Below are positions 44,056 to 54,570 of a stretch of 64,000 nucleotides of DNA, in pieces. The position numbers and the translations under genes are program-made. The DNA is from an uncultured Spirochaetota bacterium (lineage in GTDB: Bacteria > Spirochaetota > Spirochaetia > SZUA-6 > Fen-1364), in assembly GCA_963820525.1 (NCBI GenBank), contig CAWGAA010000001.1:992001-1056000 (forward strand). Reading direction: 5' to 3'. Position 1 is the first letter of the stretch. The number at the start of each line of letters is the position of its first letter. The notes under the pieces are model-generated. The model had not been told where the DNA came from. It was given only the letters and a program-made list of their open reading frames with translations, and ran no database searches.

Positions 44056-47000
44056 ATGGCGCAGAAACAGGCAGCTAAAAAATCGACAACCTCCCTCCCC
44101 AAGGAAGGCAAGGTCACGGCCCTGTCCCTGCTGAAGAGCTTCTACGACGAGGAGGTCTTCAGGCTCCTCGTGAAGGAGTTCTACAACTCGGACATCGACG
44201 TGAGCGAGACGGCCATCAGGTCCTCGGGCTCCCTGGGCAACGAGGTGGCCATTCCGCATCTCTACCAGATGGTGGAGCGGGGAAAGAAGTCGCAGAGAAT
44301 CGCGGCCATCAGAGCCTTGAGCGCCATCCGCGCCCCTTCCTCCACGGGAATGCTCATCAAGTACTTCAACCACTTCCCCGAAGAAGACGTGCGCACCGAG
44401 ATCCTCACCGCAATCAACACCATCTCCTCCACGAGCCAGCAGGTTCAGGAGCTCAACCAGGCCGTTTTCGCCGACCCGAAGCAGAGCGAGTCCGTGAAGC
44501 GGATCGCCGTCATGGCCCTGGTGGATGCCGAAAGGTACTCTTTTCTCAAGGACACTCTTCCCCGCAGCTCCGTCAAGGTCCAGGAGGCGGCTTTCGACCA
44601 GATGCTCCAGTCCGGCTCCCAGGAGGTGCTGGATTTCATCGGGGAATCCCTGGCGCCGTCGGCCCTCGGCCGCTACCTCTGCGTCTACATCCTGAAGGCA
44701 AAGAACCCCCAGCAGAACTACATCCTGGAAAAGCTGCAAGGGGGGCGGAAGGAGGTCATCACCTCGTTCCTCCTCTCCCTGTCGCAGTTCCAGGGCAGGA
44801 TCCACTACCCCACCCGGGTGTTCCGCCTGCTTCTCATCTCCCCGTTCGTCGACACGGAGACCGAAGCGCTTGTCGGGGATTTCCTCAAGAAGATCGTGGC
44901 CGAGGTGAAGAGCACCTCGCCCCACCTCCTGAGCGAGTTCTCCGTGATCACCTCTGCCCACCTCGACACGGTGTTCTCCAAGGTCAGAAAGAACTACATC
45001 TCCCTCAAGGGCATCACCAACAAGGAGGTCCTCCTCGCCACGGTCCTGGCCTCACTTCTGGAGAAGTACGCCTCCCCGACCATGGTCGGGGACGTGCAGA
45101 GGTATTTCAAGGCTGAATACTCCGGGTTCACGCCGCCCGTCGCCCAGCTGAAATCGCTGCTCACGCGCGCCCCGAAAGAGGACCAGAACCGATTCGAGGC
45201 CTGCATTCCCCTATTCTCGCTGCCGGAGAAGAAGGAAAAGCTCCAGGTCTTCTCGATCATCACCCGGGTGGACGTCAACCGCCCCATCTACCTGCGGCGG
45301 CTCAACAGGCTGATCAGGGTGGCGGGGGCGCTGGAGATCAAGACCGCGTCAAAGAGAATTCAGGAGATCCTCGATTTCGCGCGCGGGGAGCGGATCCAGC
45401 ATCTCGAAGAAACCTCGATCGTCACCCTCTGCCAGCTCCTCACACGCTCCATCATCGAGCAGTCCAAGGAGTACTTCTCCCAGCCGAACAAGAACATACG
45501 CTCTCTCAACGGCTATATCCGCGGCTCGCGCTTCATACCCGCCAAGATCATGATCGGCCCCCTGGTGCACCTGCTCCTGCTGCCGACTTTGGCTCCTTCT
45601 TCCCGGGCCCTGATCGCCGATTCCCTTCTTTCCATGGATCTCTCCGGCGTGAAGAGGATCCTGCCGGCGCTCCTGAAGGCCCTGGACATGCCGGAGATCG
45701 ATTCCGAGCTCAAGCTCCAGATCGGGGAGGTCCTGAGCCGCTTCTCCGACTCTTCGATCGGCCATCAGCTCGTGGACATCACGGGGCACGCGGACCCCAT
45801 CGCGCGCAGGGTGGCCGTGCGGGTGCTGAAGGCGCTGGCGCGGAAGGGACAGGGAATCGCCTCGGATGTCCTCACCAACCGGCTCTACCTCCTCCTGGAT
45901 GACAAGGAGCAGAGCGTGAGGGTGGAAGCCCTCCTGGCGCTTCTCGACCTGAACGACGACTACGCCGTGCAGATCGTCGGAGACTACGTGCAGTCCGGAG
46001 ACGCCGAGATCGTGGCCCAGGTTCTTGCCAACATCGGCAAATCGCTCTCCCGCGAGACCTTCGCCCTGATCATGGACGCGCTGGCCATGGACAGCCTGCC
46101 CGTGCAGGAAGCCCTGAGGGGGCTCCTTCCCGAGCTGTGCCAGGGAAGCTTTGCCGAGGAGCTTCGCCAGATGCTCCTGGAATCTCTCACCGTCATCCCC
46201 GGCTCCGCCGGCGCGCCGAGCCGCGCCCCCGCCGTGGTCCATGCACCCCAGCCCGCGGCGGACAGCCTCCTGGGCCATGCCAAGCTCGAGTTCAAGTTCA
46301 AGCGGGAGAACACGCAGAGCCTGACCGTCTTTTTCATCGACATCGTCGGCTACACGGAGAAGTCGACAACGATCGACATGTCCTCCCTGTTGAAGCTGAT
46401 CAAGGTATTCGAGGAGATCGTCTCCTCCGCCGTCTCCGACAGCCGCGGCTCCATCGTAAAGAAGTGGGGAGACGGCATCCTGGCCGTTTTCAAACATCCT
46501 TTGAACGGAGCCCTCGCGGCGCTCTCCATTCAGCAGAGGATCTCGCAGTACAATTCGATGCGCGTGGAGCAGGAGAAGTTCCAGGCCCGCATCGGGCTGA
46601 GCACGGGCCTGGTGATCAAAAAAGACGGCGACATCTTCGGGGAGGTGGTCAACGTCGCCTCCCGCATGCAGTCAGCGGCAAGCCCGGGGGGCATCCTCCT
46701 CACCGAATCGACCTTCGAGGGGATCCGGGAGTACGTGCGGTGCATCGAGCTGGGAAAGATCCAGGTCAAGGGGATCAAGGAGGCGATCACCGCCTATTCT
46801 CCGGAAGAGGTGATCGTCGACATGAAGAAGATCCAGGGCTCCACCGCGGGAGCCGCCTCCAACGGGGCGTCCGCGGATACCAGCATGGAGAAGCTGCGGG
46901 AATCGATCTTTACTCCCGATTTCACGCTGCCGTCGTCAGCTGCCGGAAACCCGGAGGTGGCCGGCTTCATCAGGGAAGTGTTCTCCGACATCTCGCGCGC

Positions 47001-47103
47001 CGTGGAAGACATTGCCGGCGACTACCACGAGGAATACGTCTTCAAGCGCTACCTCCAGGACAAGTGGAACGAGCTCCTGAAGCGGATCTCCCCGGGGGCC
47101 TAG
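44056..47103 (+). CDS. HEAT-repeat protein with C-terminal class III adenylate/guanylate cyclase domain (paralog 2)
   Basis: HEAT-like helices, then FFIDIVGYT, VKKWGDG, RIGLSTG and GDIFGEVVNVASRM. Confidence 0.9.
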   Translation: MAQKQAAKKSTTSLPKEGKVTALSLLKSFYDEEVFRLLVKEFYNSDIDVSETAIRSSGSLGNEVAIPHLYQMVERGKKSQRIAAIRALSAIRAPSSTGMLIKYFNHFPEEDVRTEILTAINTISSTSQQVQELNQAVFADPKQSESVKRIAVMALVDAERYSFLKDTLPRSSVKVQEAAFDQMLQSGSQEVLDFIGESLAPSALGRYLCVYILKAKNPQQNYILEKLQGGRKEVITSFLLSLSQFQGRIHYPTRVFRLLLISPFVDTETEALVGDFLKKIVAEVKSTSPHLLSEFSVITSAHLDTVFSKVRKNYISLKGITNKEVLLATVLASLLEKYASPTMVGDVQRYFKAEYSGFTPPVAQLKSLLTRAPKEDQNRFEACIPLFSLPEKKEKLQVFSIITRVDVNRPIYLRRLNRLIRVAGALEIKTASKRIQEILDFARGERIQHLEETSIVTLCQLLTRSIIEQSKEYFSQPNKNIRSLNGYIRGSRFIPAKIMIGPLVHLLLLPTLAPSSRALIADSLLSMDLSGVKRILPALLKALDMPEIDSELKLQIGEVLSRFSDSSIGHQLVDITGHADPIARRVAVRVLKALARKGQGIASDVLTNRLYLLLDDKEQSVRVEALLALLDLNDDYAVQIVGDYVQSGDAEIVAQVLANIGKSLSRETFALIMDALAMDSLPVQEALRGLLPELCQGSFAEELRQMLLESLTVIPGSAGAPSRAPAVVHAPQPAADSLLGHAKLEFKFKRENTQSLTVFFIDIVGYTEKSTTIDMSSLLKLIKVFEEIVSSAVSDSRGSIVKKWGDGILAVFKHPLNGALAALSIQQRISQYNSMRVEQEKFQARIGLSTGLVIKKDGDIFGEVVNVASRMQSAASPGGILLTESTFEGIREYVRCIELGKIQVKGIKEAITAYSPEEVIVDMKKIQGSTAGAASNGASADTSMEKLRESIFTPDFTLPSSAAGNPEVAGFIREVFSDISRAVEDIAGDYHEEYVFKRYLQDKWNELLKRISPGA

Positions 47104-47440
47104 GAGCCGGCTCCCGCCATCCCTGGCTTCGCCGGCCTCCGTCCATCCATGGACTAGGGGGAAGCCCGCCGGCGAGCGCGCGCTCCAGCTCCCCCAGGCT
47201 TGGCTCCACGAGAATCGCACCGCCCACAACCACCGTTGGATGGCTCGCGGATCCTCCCGTCAGCCAGCGCAGCTGCTCCGCCGCCTCGGGCGCGTTCTCG
47301 AGGTCAACGTACTGATATCTAATGCCTTTGCCGGCGAGGAAGCGCCGGACGATCTGGGTTGCCGCGCACCACCCCGTGCCGTACACGATGACGGCGGGTT
47401 TGGCGGAAACATGCCGCGGCCGCTGGCCGGCGCCGCTCAT
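47042..47440 (-). CDS. Glutaredoxin/mycoredoxin-like protein (WCAAT); true stop may be TAG near 47155
   Basis: VYGTGWC...YVDLE...HPTVVVGG. The read-through tail overlaps the convergent cyclase gene. Confidence 0.75.
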   Translation of the reverse strand: MSGAGQRPRHVSAKPAVIVYGTGWCAATQIVRRFLAGKGIRYQYVDLENAPEAAEQLRWLTGGSASHPTVVVGGAILVEPSLGELERALAGGLPPSPWMDGGRRSQGWREPAPRPPGRSASGARSTCPGGSA

Positions 47441-47467
47441 GGCCGGCGCCGCTCATGGCCGGCCCCG

Positions 47468-48217
47468 CTACGCCTGGCGAGAGCCCGACGCCGGGGTGCC
47501 CTGCTTCAGCGCGTCGGCGGCGGAGAAGATCGCCTCGATATCGGGAACATGATGGATGTTGGGAGAGACGTGGCTGTAGCGGATGACGCCCCCGCCATCG
47601 ACGAGATAGAGGGCGCGTTCCGAAAACCCGTCCCGGCTTCGAAGGACGCGGTATTCCTGGGCCACCCTGCCCTTGGGATGGAAGTCGGCCAGGAGCGGGA
47701 AGCCGATCCCCCGCACGGCGGCCCATGCCCCGTGGCTGTAGACGCTGTCCACCGAGATTGCCAGCACCTGGATGCCGCGCTTCTGGAACTCGGCGAGCTC
47801 GGACTGGTAAAGGTCGAGCTGCACGCTGCAGCCGGGACTCCAGTCCAAGGGGTAGAACACCAGGAGCACGAGCTTTCCGCGGAAGTCTGAGAGGCGAACC
47901 TCCCGGCCGCCGGCGTCCGGCAGGGAGAAATCCGGCGCCCGCACTCCGACGGAAAGCCCCTGGCACTCCGCCGGTCCCTGCATGCCCGGCGCCTTCTTGT
48001 AGAGCCCGCGGATGTCTTCCAGGGAAAACCCAGCGGAAGGCGGCGTTGAAGGGGAGCGCTGCCGGCGGAGCGCCTCCTGGATCATTCCATGGAGCACCGA
48101 GACGGCCTCCCTCACTCCGGGATCCGGGAGCTTCTTCTCGAGTAAGAGGTAGCGGTTTTCGAGCTCGGCGAGACGGTCTTCCCGCGGCGCGCCTTCGGGA
48201 ACATCGGAACTCATCAA
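47468..48217 (-). CDS. Peroxiredoxin (AhpC/TSA, AhpE-like) with N-terminal extension
   Basis: APDFSL, FYPLDWSPGC, ISVDS..SH.AW, LLADFHPKG and ERA motifs. Confidence 0.88.
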   Translation of the reverse strand: MMSSDVPEGAPREDRLAELENRYLLLEKKLPDPGVREAVSVLHGMIQEALRRQRSPSTPPSAGFSLEDIRGLYKKAPGMQGPAECQGLSVGVRAPDFSLPDAGGREVRLSDFRGKLVLLVFYPLDWSPGCSVQLDLYQSELAEFQKRGIQVLAISVDSVYSHGAWAAVRGIGFPLLADFHPKGRVAQEYRVLRSRDGFSERALYLVDGGGVIRYSHVSPNIHHVPDIEAIFSAADALKQGTPASGSRQA

Positions 48218-48278
48218 TGCAAAGTTCGCAAACCTGCGGCAGGTGCGTCAAGCGCGCCGCACAAGCGCGCCGCACCAT

Positions 48279-48307
48279 TTGACCTTTTTTTTGCCCGATG
48301 ATATAGT
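48279..48307 (+). promoter_or_regulatory. Sigma70-type promoter for the infC operon
   Basis: TTGACC-17nt-TATAGT. Confidence 0.7.
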
Positions 48308-48340
48308 CTAGTGCAAACCCAATCACGGGAAGGGGGTATA

Positions 48341-48871
48341 TTGGCCGAGAAAGAACTCAGGATCAACGAATACATTCGGGTCCGCGAAGTGCGCCTGGTT
48401 GACGCGGACGGGAATCAGAAGGGAATCGTAGCGACAATGCAGGCCCTTCAGATGGCGAGGGAAGCGGGACTCGATCTGGTCGAGGTGGCGCCGCAGGCTC
48501 AACCGCCGGTGTGCAAGCTCCTCGACTACGGCAAGTACAAGTTCGAGCTCGAGAAGAAAAACAGGGAATCGAGGAAACATCAGAAGCAGATCCGGATCAA
48601 GGAGATCCGGATGCAGCCGAAGATCGACGAGCACGACCTGGATTTCAAGACCCGCCACATTCGTGAGTTTCTCGACGAAGGCAACAAGGTCAAGGTGACC
48701 GTCCGGTTCCGGGGCAGGGAAATGGCCCATACGGAGCTGGGCAAGGAGGTCCTGGACAGGATCCTCCAGATGCTGCAAGACTCCTTCATCGTGGAAAAAC
48801 CGGCGCAGATGGAGGGTAGGACCATGTCCCTCCTGCTCAATCCGAAAGGCAGCAAGGCGAAGAAAGGATAA
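48341..48871 (+). CDS. infC: Translation initiation factor IF-3 (non-ATG start: TTG 48341 or ATA 48338)
   Basis: RINE.IR..EVRL, LDLVEV, PPVCK.LDYGKYK and FRGRE motifs. Confidence 0.96.
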   Translation: MAEKELRINEYIRVREVRLVDADGNQKGIVATMQALQMAREAGLDLVEVAPQAQPPVCKLLDYGKYKFELEKKNRESRKHQKQIRIKEIRMQPKIDEHDLDFKTRHIREFLDEGNKVKVTVRFRGREMAHTELGKEVLDRILQMLQDSFIVEKPAQMEGRTMSLLLNPKGSKAKKG

Positions 48872-48873
48872 CG

Positions 48874-49074
48874 ATGCCCAAGATCAAGACGAAAAAGAGC
48901 GCGGCGAAGCGCTATCATGTAACGGCGACGGGCAAGGTGAGGTACAAGAAGCAGGGACTCCGGCACATCCTCACGAAGAAGAACGCAAAGAGAAAGAGGC
49001 GGCTGAGGCTTTCCGCCACCCTCAGCCCCGTGGAATCCAAGCGGGTCAGAAAGCTTCTTCCCTACGCGAACTGA
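48874..49074 (+). CDS. rpmI: 50S ribosomal protein L35
   Basis: [13 protein letters not shown]...HILTKK; follows infC. Confidence 0.97.
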   Translation: MPKIKTKKSAAKRYHVTATGKVRYKKQGLRHILTKKNAKRKRRLRLSATLSPVESKRVRKLLPYAN

Positions 49075-49186
49075 AAGCTCCAGCGGAGCGCGGCGCGGGC
49101 CGTGGCGGATTGCCATGTGACGAGCGCTCGCTTCCGAGTGGTGCGGAGAACGACAACCACCGAAAGCACAAGGAGAGATTGAACAG

Positions 49187-49567
49187 ATGCCGAGATCGAA
49201 AAACGGAACGCGCAGGCGCGAGCGGCGCAGGAAGATTCTCAAGGCCGCCAAGGGGTACTGGGGCGGAAGAAGCAGGCTCTTCAAGACGGCCAAGGAGGCC
49301 GTGCTCAAGGGCCTTGTCAGCTCCTACCGCGACAGGAAGAGGCGCAGGGGCGAGTTCCGCAGGCTCTGGATCGCCAGGATCTCAGCCGCCTGCCGCGCTG
49401 AAGGGCTCACCTATGCCGCCTTCATCCATGGGCTCGGCCAGGCGGGCGTACGGATCAACAGGAAGGCCCTCTCCAACATGGCCATAGAAGATCCCATCGC
49501 CTTCAAGGCGCTGATCGCGAAAGCCAGGGAAAACCAGCTCGCGGGCGCCACCGCGGCGGCAAAATGA
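49187..49567 (+). CDS. rplT: 50S ribosomal protein L20
   Basis: AKGYWG, YRDRK and FRRLWIARI motifs. Confidence 0.97.
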   Translation: MPRSKNGTRRRERRRKILKAAKGYWGGRSRLFKTAKEAVLKGLVSSYRDRKRRRGEFRRLWIARISAACRAEGLTYAAFIHGLGQAGVRINRKALSNMAIEDPIAFKALIAKARENQLAGATAAAK

Positions 49568-49968
49568 TCAGCCTCGAACAGATTCGGCTGCTTGAAGAAA
49601 AGATAACGCGAGCAATCGATCTGATTCGGGTCCTCAAGGAAGAAAACGCGACCCTCCGGAGAGGCCTCGATTCCGCCCAGCGGCGAATGAAGGAGCTGGA
49701 GGGTCTGGTCAGCGGTTTCAAGTCGGATCAGAAGGAGATCGAATCGGTCATCCTGCGGGCTCTCAAGAACCTCGATGATCTGGAAGAATCCACCGCGGCA
49801 GGCAGCGCCGCACCATCCGCCTCGGCGGCCGGCCCCACCCCTTCCCCCGCGGCAAGCGGGAAAAAAAACGCCCATGAACCGCAGCCCGATGCCGGCCCGG
49901 CCCTGGAAGCTCCGCCCGCCGGGGATCCCTCACTGAAACCTCCCAAGGGCGAGCTGGACATCTTCTAA
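49564..49968 (+). CDS. ZapB-like coiled-coil protein
   Basis: LEEKITRAIDLIRVLKEENATL coiled coil, directly upstream of zapA. Confidence 0.7.
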   Translation: MISLEQIRLLEEKITRAIDLIRVLKEENATLRRGLDSAQRRMKELEGLVSGFKSDQKEIESVILRALKNLDDLEESTAAGSAAPSASAAGPTPSPAASGKKNAHEPQPDAGPALEAPPAGDPSLKPPKGELDIF

Positions 49969-49979
49969 GCAGGCGTGCC

Positions 49980-50330
49980 ATGGAGAAACGGAAGCTCACG
50001 GTGGAGCTCCTGGGCACATCATTCGTCATTCAATCAGGGGACGATCCGAAGCACCTGGCCAGGGTGGCAGAGTATCTGCGCGCCAAGGTGGAAGAGGTCA
50101 AGGCCAGATACTCCTTCGCGGACCCTCTCACCGTGGCGCTTTTGGCGGCCCTCAACCTCGCCGACGAGCTTTTCAAGGAGCGGGCGGGACGCTCCCCGAT
50201 CCAGGGCGCGGAGCCCGAGAACGACGAGATCTCCGGAGTGGCTCAGCGATTGATCGACACGATCGACGAGGAGCTTCTCCGCCACACCCCTTACGGCGAA
50301 GACGACGGAGACCCTCCCCCCAGCGCCTGA
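49980..50330 (+). CDS. zapA: Cell division protein ZapA
   Basis: VELLG.SF...L..VA.YL...ALLAALNLADEL. Confidence 0.88.
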   Translation: MEKRKLTVELLGTSFVIQSGDDPKHLARVAEYLRAKVEEVKARYSFADPLTVALLAALNLADELFKERAGRSPIQGAEPENDEISGVAQRLIDTIDEELLRHTPYGEDDGDPPPSA

Positions 50331-51274
50331 TAGTCGCATCCTTCGACACCGACGATTCCCGCGGCGAGCCTGTTGGCGATCCGTGCGCATTCCACCGCAT
50401 CCCGCCCCAAAAGAACGCCATGGAGGTAGCCGCCGGCAAAGGCATCCCCGGCCCCCGTCGTGTCCACGACCCTCACCGACTCTCCCGGCACCGGGATGAC
50501 CTCCTCCCCCCTGCCGACGTAGCAGCCGCGGGCTCCGACTTTCATGACCACGGTCTTGGCCAGCGGGGATGCCACGCTCATGCAGTCCTCGTCGCAGTCC
50601 GTGCCCGTGAGCAGGCCAAGCTCCTCGCGGTTGGCGAAGAGGATGTCCACGCACTGGGGAATGAAGGAGAGAAAAGCCTCGCGGTAGCGCAGGACCGCGT
50701 AGGGATCAGCCAGATCGAAGGAAATCATCATCCCCTTGCCGCAGGCGAATTCGACAGCCTTCTCCGCGGCCGCGCGCTGATTTTCCGTGTCCCACAGGTA
50801 ACCGGTGAGATGGAGGATGCGCGAGAGGGAGAGCTTTTCCAGATCGAGGTCCTGCGGCCCGAACTCCCGACACGCCCCCAGGAAGGTGTTCATCGTGCGT
50901 TCCCCGTCGGGGGTGACGAGGATGCAGGAGACCCCGGTGGCCCGCTGCTTCCTGGCAAGCGAAACGCTGACCCCCGCCGCCTCGATGCTCTTCGCGTAAG
51001 AGTCCCCGATGGGATCGCGCCCCACGGCTCCGTTGAAGACGGGCGGCGGGAGCTGCCGTGAGCCGTTCAACCACGCCAGGCCGCGGATCGTGTTCGCGCA
51101 GCTGCCGCCGGGAATCGTTCGCTCGGAGGAAAGCCCGGCGCGAAGGCGTTCCACCTCATCGTATTCCACCAGATTCATGGTCCCCGGCTTCTTTCCCAGC
51201 CGCGAGAGAAAGGTGAAATCGACATGCGAGATGATGTCCATGAGGGGATTTTCAACGCCGTAGACTGAAAACAC
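50291..51274 (-). CDS. PfkB-family kinase, adenosine kinase-like
   Basis: NPLMD, GGSCANT, TPDGERTM.TFLGA, FANREE and DTTGAGDAFAGG motifs. Confidence 0.88.
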   Translation of the reverse strand: MFSVYGVENPLMDIISHVDFTFLSRLGKKPGTMNLVEYDEVERLRAGLSSERTIPGGSCANTIRGLAWLNGSRQLPPPVFNGAVGRDPIGDSYAKSIEAAGVSVSLARKQRATGVSCILVTPDGERTMNTFLGACREFGPQDLDLEKLSLSRILHLTGYLWDTENQRAAAEKAVEFACGKGMMISFDLADPYAVLRYREAFLSFIPQCVDILFANREELGLLTGTDCDEDCMSVASPLAKTVVMKVGARGCYVGRGEEVIPVPGESVRVVDTTGAGDAFAGGYLHGVLLGRDAVECARIANRLAAGIVGVEGCDYQALGGGSPSSSP

Positions 51275-51329
51275 CGTGCGCCTCCTCGCCGTCCGCCGCG
51301 AGCGGGAAAGCCCCGCCTACGGCCGTGAA

Positions 51330-51358
51330 TTGACAGCCGTATCCGCGGCCCGTATTAT
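51330..51358 (+). promoter_or_regulatory. Sigma70-type promoter
   Basis: TTGACA-17nt-TATTAT upstream of the PilZ gene. Confidence 0.7.
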
Positions 51359-51388
51359 TGAGCGGTAGTGTAAGGGAACCACCGAGAG

Positions 51389-52309
51389 ATGTCCATCATC
51401 ACCAGCCAGCAGATCGCGCGGTACTTCGATTTGTACGGGAAGACGGAAGTCACCTTCAACAAGCAGGTGATCGACGCCACGGGACTGGTCCCCAACAATG
51501 TCTTCCTGAAGATCGCCGATCAGCAGTGGCCCTGCGTCGTCTACTCCAGCTCCATGGCGGGGGCCCGCGTCATTGCCGGCGTGAAGAGCGAATTCTTCGA
51601 GACCCTCCACCAGGCCAACAACCACGCGGCGCTGCGCTACTGCTTCAGGCTGCCGGAGAAAGCGGACCCGATCTTCTTCTTTGTGCCCAACAAGGTGATG
51701 GGCTACACCCAGTACAATCCGAAGAACCCCGACGTGCAGCTCATAGCGCTGGAGTTCACCCAGCGCCCGCCGGACGATCTCATCCAGGTGCTCGGGCTGC
51801 TCCTTGAGGCGAACGCGAACGCCCAGCGGAGGAAGGACGAGCGCATCATCCTGAACCCCGACAGCGTGAAAAAGCTCGGCCTGGAATCCAAGGAGAGCGT
51901 CCTGTACGTCGAGGGAGTGCCGCGCAAGTGCCTGGTGCGGGACCTCTCCTTCGGCGGGGCCAAGGTGTTCGTGACGGGAATAGCGAAATTCCTTGCCAAC
52001 AAGAAGGCCGCGCTCAAGCTGGCGCGGGGGGAATCCGCCGAGGAGATATCGATCCCCGGGGAGATCATGCGCGTGGAGAACGTTGAGGGCCGTAAGGACA
52101 TCGTGGTGCTCGCCATCCGCTTCGCGGATGACCCGCCGGTGAGCTACAAGCTCATGATCAACGGCTATCTCACGGCGATTCGAAAGGATCATTCCGCCGG
52201 GCCGCCCCCGGGAGCCTCCGGCCGCCCCCCGACGGCCCCGGCTGATTCCGCACACCCCGGGACCTCTCAATCCGCTCCCAAGGCGAACCCGAACTCAAGC
52301 ACGAGATGA
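51389..52309 (+). CDS. plzA: Spirochaete PlzA-like c-di-GMP receptor (N-terminal domain plus PilZ)
   Basis: RxxxR (RKDER) and DxSxxG (DLSFGG) motifs; N-terminal CVVYSSSM..A segment. Confidence 0.8.
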   Translation: MSIITSQQIARYFDLYGKTEVTFNKQVIDATGLVPNNVFLKIADQQWPCVVYSSSMAGARVIAGVKSEFFETLHQANNHAALRYCFRLPEKADPIFFFVPNKVMGYTQYNPKNPDVQLIALEFTQRPPDDLIQVLGLLLEANANAQRRKDERIILNPDSVKKLGLESKESVLYVEGVPRKCLVRDLSFGGAKVFVTGIAKFLANKKAALKLARGESAEEISIPGEIMRVENVEGRKDIVVLAIRFADDPPVSYKLMINGYLTAIRKDHSAGPPPGASGRPPTAPADSAHPGTSQSAPKANPNSSTR

Positions 52310-53430
52310 CGGACGACACAAAGGCCCTGGAGAGGGTCGGATTCATTTCCATAGCACAGGCCAACCAGCGGAAGATCGGGGAGTTCGTCCTGGATCCCGA
52401 GATCCTTCTGCCCGTGGAGCTCCCGCCCGGCGTCGCCGCGTGGAACGTCGCGGACCACCTGAGCTGGGAGGCGATCGTCTCGGGAACCCTCAAGGTTCTG
52501 GCCTATGATCCGCAGAACGCGAACGCGGCGTATTACCGCACGTTCGTGCTCGCCGTCAAACCGGACATCAAGAGCGAGTTCACGCATCTGGGCATCACGA
52601 CGGTTCGAAACGGAGACGATGAGCTTGCCATCGAGATCTTCCGCTCCCTGGAGGGACTCTTCCCCGAGGACGCCCAGACCAAGATGAACCTCGCCCTGGT
52701 ATACGACGAGAAGGCCCGAAAATACGAGAGCCTGGAGAAGAACGACCTCATGGAGGAGTACCAGAACCTCGCCTTCGAGGCCTACAAGAGGGCGCTGGCG
52801 GCGGACCCCTCGGAGCCGGTGATCCACTACAACTTCGCGTTTTTCTACCTGCACCAGAGGTCTTTCGAGAAGACGCGGGAGCACCTGGCCGAGTTCCTCA
52901 AGTCGGCAGCGGACAGCAAGATGATCAGCGAGGCCCGGAGAATCATCAAGGAGATCGATTCCCAGGGACTGGTCGACGGCCTGTTCCAGAAGGCATACGA
53001 TTTCATCAGGATGGGAAAGGAAGAGGAGGGCATCGGCTTCATCCGCGAGTTCCTGGAAGCCCACCCCGAGGTCTCAAACGCATGGTTCCTCCTCGGATGG
53101 GGCTTGCGGCGTCTGGGCCGGTACGCCAAGGGCAAGGAGGCCTTCCTCACGGCCCTGGAATGCGGCCCCTCGCACCCGGACCTCCTCAACGAGCTGGCCA
53201 TCTGCCTCATGGAGCTCGGCGAGCTGGAGGAGGCGAGAAGGCGCCTGGAGGAGGCCCTCGGCCTGGAGCCGGAGAACACCAAGATCATCTCCAACCTGGG
53301 GATCGTCTCCCTGAAGCAGGACCGCGCTGAGGAAGCCCGCGGGTTCTTCCAGACCGTGCTGGAGATAGACCCGCAGGACCCCATCGCCCCCCGGTATCTC
53401 CAGATCATCGACCGGAAAAAACCTTCCTGA
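52306..53430 (+). CDS. TPR-repeat protein
   Basis: Multiple TPRs (AWFLLGW.LRRLGRY; LLNELAIC.MELG); overlaps the upstream gene. Confidence 0.88.
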   Translation: MTDDTKALERVGFISIAQANQRKIGEFVLDPEILLPVELPPGVAAWNVADHLSWEAIVSGTLKVLAYDPQNANAAYYRTFVLAVKPDIKSEFTHLGITTVRNGDDELAIEIFRSLEGLFPEDAQTKMNLALVYDEKARKYESLEKNDLMEEYQNLAFEAYKRALAADPSEPVIHYNFAFFYLHQRSFEKTREHLAEFLKSAADSKMISEARRIIKEIDSQGLVDGLFQKAYDFIRMGKEEEGIGFIREFLEAHPEVSNAWFLLGWGLRRLGRYAKGKEAFLTALECGPSHPDLLNELAICLMELGELEEARRRLEEALGLEPENTKIISNLGIVSLKQDRAEEARGFFQTVLEIDPQDPIAPRYLQIIDRKKPS

Positions 53431-53434
53431 CCGC

Positions 53435-53462
53435 TCAATTTTAAACATCCCGCAGTCGAAAA
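53435..53462 (+). promoter_or_regulatory. Possible sigma28 promoter
   Basis: TCAA-16nt-GTCGAAAA, a loose match to TAAA-N15/16-GCCGATAA, upstream of flagellin. Confidence 0.3.
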
Positions 53463-53607
53463 AAGGACTAAGGGTAACTCCGGTTACCCCCCCGGGGAAC
53501 GCCCCCCGGCCGCGCTTGAGCCATTGACCGGCTGTACCGAAGGGCCGTTCGAGGGCAAAAACGGGCGGGAGGCATTGCAGGGGGATCCCGAAAGGGATCT
53601 CCCGAAT

Positions 53608-53627
53608 CATGGGCAAGGATGCCCGTG
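53608..53627 (+). promoter_or_regulatory. CsrA-binding hairpin in the flagellin leader
   Basis: CATGGGCA-AGGA-TGCCCGTG; a second AGGA lies in the SD. Confidence 0.75.
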
Positions 53628-53658
53628 AAGATCGACTGTTGTTTCAAGGAGGAAACAC

Positions 53659-54519
53659 ATGATCATCAATCACAACATGAGCGCAATGTTCGCGGAAAGG
53701 CAGCTGAAGGTGAACAACCTCGGCCTGGACAAGGACCTGGAAAAGCTGTCTTCCGGGCTGCGCATCACGCGGGCGGGAGACGACGCTTCCGGCTTGGCGG
53801 TCTCCGAGAAGATGAGGTCCCAGATCAGGGGCCTCCAGCAGGCCAGCAGGAACGCCGCCAACGGCATCTCCTTCATCCAGACCACGGAAGGATACCTGCA
53901 GGAGAGCGAAGACATCATCCAGAGGATGCGCGAGCTGGCGGTCCAGTCCGCCAACGGCATCTACACGGACGAGGACCGGATGCAGATCCAGGTCGAGGTC
54001 TCCCAGCTCGTCGACGAGGTTGACCGCATCGCCTCCCACGCACAGTTCAACGGCATGAACATGCTCACAGGCCGGTTCGCCCGCGCCACGGGAGAGAACG
54101 TGATCACGGCCTCCATGTGGCTGCAGGTGGGCGCCAACATGGACCAGAGGAAGAGGGTGTTCATCGGCACCATGACCGCCGACGGACTGGCGCTGCGCAA
54201 CGTCAGCAACAGGCAGATCCTGTCGATCTCCACCCCGGACCAGGCCAATAGGGCCATCGGAACGCTGGACTCGGCCCTCAAGATCGTGAACAAGCAGCGG
54301 GCGGACCTCGGCGCCTATCAGAACAGGCTGGAGTACATCGTGAAAGGCCTCGACGTCGGAGCGGAGAACCTGCAGGCGTCTGAGTCCCGGATCAGGGACG
54401 CCAACATGGCGGCCCAGATGGTGGAGTACACCAAGGACGCCATCCTCGTTCAGTCCGCCACGGCCATGCTGGCCCAGGCGAACCAGAAGCCGAGAACGGT
54501 CTTGCAACTTCTCCAGTAG
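53659..54519 (+). CDS. flaB: Flagellar core protein FlaB (FlaB2-like)
   Basis: [12 protein letters not shown]...[29 protein letters not shown]; 286 aa. Confidence 0.97.
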   Translation: MIINHNMSAMFAERQLKVNNLGLDKDLEKLSSGLRITRAGDDASGLAVSEKMRSQIRGLQQASRNAANGISFIQTTEGYLQESEDIIQRMRELAVQSANGIYTDEDRMQIQVEVSQLVDEVDRIASHAQFNGMNMLTGRFARATGENVITASMWLQVGANMDQRKRVFIGTMTADGLALRNVSNRQILSISTPDQANRAIGTLDSALKIVNKQRADLGAYQNRLEYIVKGLDVGAENLQASESRIRDANMAAQMVEYTKDAILVQSATAMLAQANQKPRTVLQLLQ

Positions 54520-54541
54520 ATCGTTACACTCTAGTTTGGGC

Positions 54542-54570
54542 GGGCGCGCCTCCCGGCGCGCCCCACGTTT
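54542..54570 (+). terminator. Putative terminator after the first flaB
   Basis: GGGCGCGCC-TCCC-GGCGCGCCC with a weak T tail. Confidence 0.5.

Noticed and set aside
49075..49186. L20-binding leader between rpmI and rplT
   Set aside because: Small hairpins are present, but I could not identify a specific L20-site mimic.
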